Shown: positions 54,740 through 64,000 of the stretch, piece after piece
Layout: every line of letters starts with the position of its first letter
Position numbering within the stretch: the stretch's first letter is position 1
NCBI GenBank assembly: GCA_964016885.1
Contig: OZ024744.1
Location: 100,688,001 to 100,752,000, forward strand
DNA from: Eledone cirrhosa
Taxonomy: Eukaryota
DNA length: 64,000 bases
Direction: 5' to 3'
The notes under the pieces: model-generated
What the model saw: the letters and a program-made list of their open reading frames with translations, nothing else
What the model was told of the DNA's origin: nothing
Database searches by the model: none
Translations under genes and position numbers: made by a program

Positions 54740-56000
54740 TCAGCATCACCATCAGCATCAGTGAGGCTAAATATACTGGAGTCACTCTGAACACACTTCT
54801 CCCCAACATCCTGATTCACCCTGACACATTGCTTTCCAATACAGAACAATACAGAAAGGAGGCACATGGCTTAGTGGTTAGAGCATTGGCCTTGCAATTG
54901 AAAGGTTGTGAGTTCAAATCTCAGACCGGGTGATGTGTTGTTTCCTTGAGCAAGACACTTTATTTCACATTGCTCCAGCTTACTCAGCTGTAGAAATGAG
55001 ATGATAGGGACTGGGGTCCCTATCATTCCACTGCAAAGTGGTCGTGGAGGTGTCACGACAAAAAAGCACCCAGCACTCACTGTAAATGAGGTTGGTGTTA
55101 GGAAGGGCATCCAGCTGTAGAAATCAAGCCAGAATCAGTTCCCGTCGCACCCTTGCAAGCAGGGAAAAAGCGGACGTAAAATGAAATGATGATGATGATG
55201 AACACCTCATACTGTTGATCCTTACTTTGTAACACATTAACAAACCTCTTACTTTCTACTTCTCTAAATGTTATCTAAACCTGTTGTCTAGCTTCTCTTT
55301 TAGCTACTTGATATTGTTCTTTGCTGCCCTCATTTTTCCAGTCTTTCCATGCCTCTATCTTAGCTTTAATGGTTCTATCTACCATACTGTTCCACCACTA
55401 AGTCACCTTTTGTTTGACTGATACCTTGCTCCAGCCACAGATCTCATCAGTAGTCAGAAGCAGGTTGTCCCATAGAAACTTCCAATTGTCCTCTACCTCC
55501 TCCCCCTTTCATTATATGTATCATGTAGAACTTTTCTAAACTTATATTTAACATAGAAGGAAGTCCTTTAGTTTCCATACCCTCCTTCTGCAGATGGTCC
55601 TGTGTTTCTGATTCCATTTAATTCTTATTCTGATGTCACTAATAACTAATTTATGTTGAGTGGTACATTCTTCCTCGGGAAAAGACTTAATATTCATAAC
55701 CATTTGTCTATCCTGCTTTCTGACAAGTAGGAATGTCCATCTGATTGGTAGGTGATCGGGTGGCTGGTTTCCTGAAGTTAGTGTTGTCAGGTCATTTCTT
55801 GAACCATAACCATAGCCACTGTGTACTCCAACAGTCATCCTGGTGCTGTCCAAAATTTCCATTGATGTCACCAGTCAGGATGATGAGGTTACTGTCATCT
55901 GTCATTGAAGTTGTCTGTAAGAGATTCTTATAGAAATGGTCCTTCAGTCCTTTACTAAGCCCTGATTGTGGCACATATTTAAAGGTAACTGTTGTCAATC
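49170..56000 (-). mobile_element. Older, highly degenerate antisense RTE hosting the young RTE, a MITE and a SINE
   Basis: 3' end at 49170-49394 continues at 53371. APE-region remnants KSFPEEECTTQHKLVISD..WKLKD and ILTGDINGNFG at 55550-55990. Confidence 0.78.
49395..53363 (+). mobile_element. Near full-length RTE-clade LINE (APE endonuclease, RT, PHD insert), inactivated
   Basis: GTMNVGTL..CIQETRW..SAYAPQ..GDLNGHVG..CNTNF (APE); RT QFGF..LEKAFD..GVHQGSVLSP..YADD; (GAT)n tail; TSD ATGCACA at 49388-49394 and 53364-53370. Stops at 50546 and 51117, frameshifts at ~50640 and ~52855. Confidence 0.95.
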
Positions 56001-58680
56001 TGTTTCTTATGGCAATTCAAAGTTTGATAACAAGCTGGAAAAAATGTGTCTCCTTTTCTTTGGGTGGGTACTCCCAAACTGTCATGGATTCTGCTCTCTG
56101 CAAATCTCAAGTCATCAACCAAACAACTGCACTGCTGCCAAGCACTTACCTGTTTGGGAAGTGTGTCCCCACCTGACTGTGAGACCAGAAATTTCAGCAC
56201 ACCTCCCTCAATAATTTTTACTTTCTATAATTTGACCTCATAACTACTCCAAAATTTCGCAAGCCCCTACTCCTCTCATTCAAAAGGGACAAAAACATAC
56301 ATGATCTTCTGATAAAAGGTTCTTTTGTCGATAGGTACATCCGTCCTCTGATGCCATACTTGTCCCTTCATCTCCTAAACTACATTCAACTATGCCTCAA
56401 ATCCACATTCAGCATGATCAACTACTGCAACTCTACATCTTCGAAGCTAATATACTGTGTAGCATACAAACACTGCAATACACTGTGCATAGGTGGGATA
56501 TGTGATGTTTGAGTGACCAGTATTGTAAATATCTTGCCTACAATACACTGTGTACAGGTGGGATATGTGATGTCTGAGTAACCAGTACTGTAAATATCTC
56601 CCCTATGTTTATAATAATGCTCAGGGTATCACTTTAACTCATCTGGCCGCTCAATTAACCACTTCTGAGTCTATAATGTTCTATAACACTATGGCTCAAA
56701 TGACACCCACAAACATAAGGACAAAATCTTATCTTCAGCCTTGGAACAGTTGCTCCATAAGGTATGAATATATGCCTCAACTTCCTATAATTTTCTCTCC
56801 CCCACCCCTACATTGTATAAATGCCACGGGTGTGTAATTAGTTAATTACTCCCACATATTTATGTCTGCTTATATGCTTGTCAACATATGAGTGTGTCTG
56901 TAAATGCAGTCTCTATGAACTCAGCATCCACTTGAATGCTGAGTTCAAAGTCAGAAAGAAAGATGGCTGTGATAAAAAAAAATTGCATGTTGGTTGTTGT
57001 CAGGTTACAAGCTTAACAGTCATATTGGTGAATGGATGTTACTAATAAAGAGTGTTGGTGAACGACAGAATACTGTGAGTTGTTTTCTTAGAGATCACTG
57101 ATAGAGTGAGTATGGAATGAAATGAAAGGAATGCAATATTGTTGTATTGTATGTGTAACAAATTCAATGTATGTTGTTGAGAGGACTTAGTGATGTGGAG
57201 TTGAGGCTGTGTGGTACAGGTTGGGTTGTATGTTGGAAAAGCCCTCAGCAAAATTTCCTTTGATGCCCGTTCTATTTATATGTGATAAAAGCTTGACAGA
57301 AGGGATCACAGAAAATGAAACAATCTGTTGTAGAAAATAGAGTTATTTATTTGTCAAATATTGGATTTGAAAGTTAGTCCAAATCTTAAGATGGCTTGTT
57401 GAAATGACGAGGTTAACAAAAGAATGATGATAACAAGTTGAATAAAGCAGTGGCCTGATCCAATGCCATGAGACCCCTGCCTTATGGTCGACCAACACAC
57501 CATCTTCACCCTACAGACTCACCCCCACCCTCACCCCCGGCCTGCACTCCCCACCCCTATTCCTTTAGCATTCGACCACCACACACCTATACACCACCCA
57601 CTCCACACACCCAACCACCACTAACCCTCACTTACACACCTGCATTCAACCCCTTCCCCACCACCAGTAATACTAACACTCTCTCTACCACACACACACA
57701 CACTCATATCCAAACACACACACACACACCAGCACACTACACTCCCTCCTCTCTCCCTCTCCCTCTCCCCGCTCTACCTACACCCCCTCATACACACATC
57801 CCACTAACACCTCCACTAATATACACACCAACCCCCCACACCAGCACCTTCTCCCGCCACCTTTCACACCTACCCATCCTCTCCCCTGTCCACTGCACCT
57901 CCGCACACACAGACACACAGTCCACACCACATACAGACCCTTTCTTTACCTGTCATCCTCCTCTACTGCTATCTCTTCACCCTGCCTTGACCCTCTGACC
58001 ACTTCCTGTTGCACGCGCACCCCACATCCCTCCACTTCTGCACTACCACACCAGTATTTCACACCACCAGTCATCATTCCAGCTATCCATTCTACGACAC
58101 ATGGAATCTCCAACATCTTGTCTCACACTCCATGGAAATAACTTAGGAACATACACACGAACAAACACTTACATTATTTTCGAACCACGCCACCTACATC
58201 CACACCACATATAAACACAAACACACATGTGCGTATCCTCACATACACACACTCAGCCTCCGGACTCCACACACCCCCTCTGACCTCTGTCCATCCACAT
58301 GCACGCGCACACCGACTTACACCCCACGTACACACCGGTTTCCCTTTTACCTGAACATGGAACCTCATTCTTTCACCAACTCTTACATTCACACACACAC
58401 ACGTACACCTACACACATACACAAACACCACCTTCAACCCTCCCTGCTTGGTCCACCCGCCTCCCTCTCCCCCTCTCCACCCCCTCCACCACCCCTACAC
58501 GCCCCACACCCTTTCACCACTTGTTTATTTTTATTTTTATTTTATTTTAATTTCCTTTACTCTCTAAAAATAAATTTTTTCCTCCCTTTTCTCTCCCCCC
58601 TTTTTAAAAAATGTTTTTCCACCCCCTACCCCACCCCCCACCCACACACACACCATCGGAACTCGCTTCCTACCCACTTT

Positions 58681-58805
58681 TCTCCTGATGAAGGTCTTAT
58701 GCCCGAAACGTCGTCCCCCCACCACCCCCACTCAAGCGTGGAACTAATACTAATATCATTTGTACTGCCTCTTCGTTTTTTTGTTCTCTGTTTATTTATT
58801 AAACT
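58681..58805 (+). mobile_element. Penelope-type terminal remnant with degenerate hammerhead core, ending in (TA)n
   Basis: CTGATGA-AGGTCTTATGCCC-GAAACGTC followed by a T-rich tail and (TA)n; preceded by a C/A-rich tract (57470-58680). Confidence 0.55.
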
Positions 58806-59418
58806 ATATATATATATATATATATATACATACATATACATATGCATATATATATACATATACAATCATATCACACCATGAGGGTAATATATTACCAGTG
58901 CCATATTAGCATGCTAGCATAACTCTTCACCTTATAATTGTATAAGCATCTGATGATGTCACATGGAGACTGTCAATGATATAACTATTGCATAACCATG
59001 TCATTGAAATATATATAATGTCTGAGTGTGTATTTTTGTAAGTGTGTCTGTGTTTACATGTTTATATTTATATACTCATACATATAAATGTATGCATATG
59101 CACATACACACACACACACATATGCACACACACACACATATACACATACGAGTCAGCACATGGAAAAAACTTCTAGTATATATATTTACGAGGCCTATAA
59201 TGAAAAACAGTAAAAATAAACAGAAAAAACAATTACAAAAAAGTGTTATTAGGGTTCACAGTTATATGAAAAGGGCCCTATTAGAAATATTAGGAAGGGT
59301 TTGTTGCTAAATTGTTTGGAATCATAGAAAATATGTTTGTTCAATTTGAACAAATTTGATGTCAGCAATCAATACTTATTATGTGTTACTAAATAGATAA
59401 AGATTATCTAACTATTGA

Positions 59419-60632
59419 TCATCCATGGTGTATTGAATAATATTTCACTCCTGTATAACATCCATGATGTATTTAATAATATTTCACTTCTATATAACAT
59501 CCATGGTGTATTGAATAATATTTCACTTCTATATAACATCCATGGTGTATTGAATAATATTTCACTTCTGTATAACATCCATGGTGTATTGAATAATATT
59601 TCACTCCTGTATAACATCCATGGTGTATTTAATGATATTTCACTCCTGTATAACATCCATGGTGTATTGAATAATATTTCACTCCTGTATAACATCCATG
59701 GTGTATTTAATGATATTTCACTCCTGTATAACATCCATGGTGTATTGAATAATATTTCACTTCTGTATAACATCCATGATGTATTTAATAATATTTCACT
59801 TCTATATAACATCCATGGTGTATTGAATAATATTTCACTTCTATATAACATCCATGGTGTATTGAATAATATTTCACTTCTATATAACATCCATGGTGTA
59901 TTGAATAATATTTCACTCCTGTATAACATCCATGGTGTATTTAATGATATTTCACTCCTGTATAACATCCATGGTGTATTTAATAATATTTCACTTCTGT
60001 ATAACATCCATGGTGTATTTAATGATATTTCACTTCTATATAACATCCATGGTGTATTTAATGATATTTCACTTCTGTATAACATCCATGGTGTATTTAA
60101 TGATATTTCACTTCTGTATAACATCCATGGTGTATTTAATGATATTTCACTTCTGTATAACATCCATGGTGTATTTAATGATATTTCACTTCTGTATAAC
60201 ATGCATGGTGTATTTAATGATATTTCACTTCTGTATAACATCCATGGTGTATTGAATAATATTTCACTCCTGTATAACATCCATGGTGTATTTAATGATA
60301 TTTCACTTCTATATAACATCCATGGTGTATTGAATAATATTTCACTTCTATATAACATCCATGGTGTATTTAATAATATTTTACTTCTATATAACATCCA
60401 TGGTGTATTTAATGATATTTCACTTCTGTATAACATCCATGGTGTATTTAATGATATTTCACTTCTATATAACATCCATGGTGTATTGAATAATATTTCA
60501 CTTCTATATAACATCCATGGTGTATTTAATGATATTTCACTCCTGTATAACATCCATGGTGTATTTAATGATATTTCACTCCTGTATAACATCCATGGTG
60601 TATTTAATGATATTTCACTCCTGTATAACATT
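59419..60632. repeat. 39-bp minisatellite (~31 copies)
   Basis: CATCCATGGTGTATTTAATGATATTTCACTTCTGTATAA units. Confidence 0.97.
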
Positions 60633-60715
60633 GATTGAATTTTTCCCTATTTCATTCGATTACCTTTTTTTGTTTCTTGTTTAGCAGAGTTTATCATTTA
60701 TCTCTCTACATTCAG

Positions 60716-60778
60716 GTTATGGAAAGAATCATTGGTGTTTTGTTTCGAAATAAAATAAGAAAACTGAAAGAAAAATAG
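60716..60778 (+). CDS. ATL: Probable terminal atlastin exon 12 (amphipathic tail, KxKxx end)
   Basis: TTCAG acceptor, phase 0; VMERIIGVLFRNKIRKLKEK*. Amphipathic pattern, Lys at -3 and -5, followed by AT-rich UTR-like sequence. Homology is weaker than for the other exons. Confidence 0.72.
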   Translation, partial: VMERIIGVLFRNKIRKLKEK

Positions 60779-61282
60779 ATTTCAATGAACTAAAATATGA
60801 CTGAAGACAATTTTTTAATGATGAATTTAAAAAAATGAAGAAATTTCATTGCATATATTTCATGGCTATCTGTTTATTAATCTGTGATTATTCGAAGATG
60901 TCAAAATATATATCATTTGGCATTTAAACAAAAAAAAAGTTACTAAGCATTTAAAATCCAATTATTTAATATAACTTACTCAAATATCATCTTCGAAAGT
61001 TTCAAAACTCATAATTTATGTTTCATTGATGTATTTTTTATCACCTTTACTATAGTAGCGATTATCTATACGTGTATTGATGTGGGTGAGGAACTGGCAG
61101 ATGAACAAAGCAGTAAATTAAATACTTTACTATATCTAGCTACGCCATTGTAAAGTCTGATCTTAAATCTTGCTGGAACCAATTTTGCTGTTCATTTTTC
61201 CAATGTTGATGAAATAAACATTAGTAATATTTTGGAACCAGTTCATGCATCTATATTCCACTGTCAAAATTGGCCTTGTACT

Positions 61283-61950
61283 AAGGGCCGGATTTAGAAC
61301 TTGTGGGGGATTTATTAGGCGCCCTCATACACAAAAAATGAAAATACACAAAAAAACCCCAAGGTTACATTTCAAAGTCAGCTTGGTGCATGTAATTGGA
61401 ATTGTCAAATTATACATACAGATTTTAAATGAAAAAATCTGACCATATTTATTTAAAGTGCACTTTCCACACTTAATTGTTCTTAAGAAGCACTCAAGCA
61501 CAGTCACATATACAAATACATATATACATTTATAAATATACCCATTCTCATATGCGTACATACACATATATACCATATTCCTGCATAAAACTGGACAATT
61601 ACACCCCTTACTTTCTACAACAATCATCAGATGTCACTAAAGTAGAGAAATTTTGATGAATTGCCTTAACTATTTTTTGTTAAATATTGTTCTGGTGATG
61701 ATTTGATGTTTCTAAAGTAGAGAAATGTTGATGAATTGACCACAGGATTGACATTAAGTACTTTTTGTTAAAAGTATTGTTCTCATGTGTCTAAAAGTTA
61801 AAATGAAAATAGCCCATCAGAGGGCAGGCACGCTTTTTGCAGTCCAAGGGTACATCTATCTTACAAGGCCCCACCCATGCCAATAGGGCCCCCAGCTGAT
61901 AGAGGACCTGGGGCAAATACCCCATTCGCCCTGCTTTAAATCCGGCCCTG
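61283..61950. mobile_element. hAT-like non-autonomous element downstream of the stop codon
   Basis: TIRs AGGGCCGGATTTA / TAAATCCGGCCCT; TSD degenerate. Confidence 0.65.
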
Positions 61951-62406
61951 CTTATATCTAAGCAATAGAACCCAATAGTTATAATGAAGGATGAGCATGA
62001 GATAGCTTGGGGTAAATGAAGCAAGTGATGCAGCTTTGGTTTCTATTGAAGTCAATCTACTGAACAAACAAACCTAATACCCTGGTGAAAAACATGTAAA
62101 TCCTAAAGTTTCTAGCACCCTAAAGATATGAGAAGTGGAGAGCTTGTTGCAAATAGCATTGAAAAAATATATATATATTTAAGGAATATTTCTATAATTG
62201 TTTTTACTAAACTGCTTATTTGCCAACCCTGTTCATTCACTAAGGGAGAATCGCAGACAGAATCTTCTGGCTTCCAGTAAAGAAATACATTTGCTCCTGT
62301 CATTTTGATTCTTCATTGGTTTACCAGATATTTCATATGTAATCATATATATATATATATATAATGTGTATATATATATATATATAATGCATATATATAT
62401 ATAATG

Positions 62407-62444
<38 letters not shown>

Positions 62445-62859
62445 CTTTGTTTTGTATTAACCTGTTTTATGCAAAACATGTTAATTATACAAAACCAATT
62501 ATACCTGTTTTCTGAAAAAACCTGTTTTTATTTTATTATTTCTGTATTTGTACAAAGTACGAAGCTTTTTAATGTGATAATAAAAAAAACTTTAAATTTT
62601 TCCCAGACACAGAAAAGAATACAGTGAAATATAGGTTGCATCAATTTATTTGATTCTATTTCAGTTAAGTTAACAAATATATAGTGAATATCGGGAATGG
62701 GGTGTCTAGATTCAAGGAAAATTGTGGAGTGGAGCCAAAAAATAATGATCTGAGAAAAGATTAGTTTGTTCTATTCTGAATTGGAGATAGTTATAGGGTT
62801 ATTATATTTATGGATTTATTTATAACTGATTACATACTTCATAATTGAATAGATATATA

Positions 62860-63196
62860 CAGGGTGGTCTGAAAGTCTTGTCACCCCTACATATTGTTTT
62901 AACTTTCATTATTTTTTGTTTTAATAATATAATATATAATATCATTAATTGTAATATATAAAAATAGGGCGGTGGATTGGCAGTATTGTTAGAGGTTCGG
63001 ACGCCCTTTATGATCTGAGTTCAAATCTCGCCGAGGTTAACTTTGCCTTTCATCCTTACGAGGTCGATAAAATAAAGTACCAGTAATGCACTGGGTAATT
63101 GCTGGCCTTGTGCCAAAAGTAGAAATATTTAGTTATAATATATAATAATATAATTATCTTTTTGGTAGGGGGTGACAAGACTTTCGGACCACCCTG
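62860..63196. mobile_element. Tc1/mariner-type MITE with a SINE A inside
   Basis: TA-CAGGGTGGTCTGAAAGTCTTGTCACCCCTAC...GTAGGGGGTGACAAGACTTTCGGACCACCCTG-TA. Confidence 0.88.
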
Positions 63197-63198
63197 TA

Positions 63199-63445
63199 CA
63201 TTTGTGAGTTTTATATCAAATAATAATAATATTCTGTTCGTTTACAAGCAAACAGCCTCATTATACCAAGTATTTTGTTCTAGAGAAACAATTGACAATG
63301 ATATTACTATTATTGTCAATTGTTTCTCTCTGTCATTGTTAGAACAAAAGGATGACAATAGTCGTCTAAAACACATAGTGTAATGAGGCTGTTTGCTTGT
63401 AAATGAACTGGATATTATCATTATTTGATATAAAACTCACAAATG
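63199..63445. repeat. Fold-back element with a nested internal hairpin
   Basis: ~65-bp outer inverted arms plus inner GAGAAACAATTGACAAT...ATTGTCAATTGTTTCTC. Confidence 0.85.
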
Positions 63446-63607
63446 CATTTACATATCTGCTGTGTTAGAGTGAAACTAATTTTGCTTTTAAATAGATATA
63501 GTTTTATGAAAAAAAAAAAAAAAATTAGAAATATTTTCCTCGTTTGTGAATGGTAAGAATCAGAGAATGGTAACATTCTTATGTAGTAAAATAACAATAC
63601 AAATCCT

Positions 63608-64000
63608 GTATGAGAAGTCTGGAAACTTAGTCTTATTGCAGATGAGAAGTTTGGTAACTAGTCTTATAACAGATGAGAAGTCTGGTAACTTAATCTTATT
63701 ACAGATGAGAAGTCTGGTAACTTAGTCTTATTACAGATGAGAAGTCCGGTAATTTAATCTTATTACAGATGAGAAGTCTGGTAACTTAGTCTTATTACAG
63801 ATGTATGAGAAGTCTGGTAACTTAGTCTTATTAGAGATGTATGAGAAGTCTGGTAACTTAGTCTTATTACAGATGTATGAGAAGTCTGGTAACTTAGTCT
63901 TATTAGAGATGTATGAGAAGTCTGGTAACTTAGTCTTATTACAGATGAGAAGTCTGGTAACTTAGTCTTATTTCAGATGTATGAGAAGTCTGGTAACTTA
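63608..64000. repeat. 31-35-bp minisatellite running off the window
   Basis: GATGAGAAGTCTGGTAACTTAGTCTTATTACA units. Confidence 0.95.

Noticed and set aside
57468-57998. Pro/Thr/His-rich 176-aa ORF
   Set aside because: C/A-rich low-complexity tract with no recognisable domain.
59408-60638. 407-aa ORFs open on both strands
   Set aside because: A 39-bp (13-codon) tandem repeat with no stop in those frames; intronic, with no coding features.

Overview
AT-rich, repeat-dense eukaryotic DNA. The SINE, LINE and microsatellite content suggests a coleoid cephalopod such as Octopus (inference). There is one host gene: a plus-strand atlastin (ER-fusion dynamin-like GTPase) with 12 coding exons across ~50 kb (10530-60778). 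All introns are GT-AG, the frame is continuous, and the product is ~510 aa from the ATG at 10544. Most exon sizes match my recollection of vertebrate ATL1, and the protein ends in a KxKxx ER-retrieval motif. The rest is transposon debris: a near full-length, inactivated RTE LINE (APE + RT with an inserted PHD finger) nested in an older antisense RTE, many RTE 3' fragments, R4/Dong and CRE fragments, a Naiad-like Penelope GIY-YIG fragment with a hammerhead ribozyme, two tRNA-derived SINE families, hAT/piggyBac/Tc1-type MITEs, and micro/minisatellites. Most ORF-track entries are repeat artefacts. The best leads are the Penelope/hammerhead/fold-back cluster at 2.2-5.8 kb, sense-strand hammerhead-like motifs in atlastin introns, minisatellites abutting three splice acceptors, competing terminal-exon acceptors and a chimeric RTE 5' end. 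I cannot claim a clearly new biological system from sequence alone.
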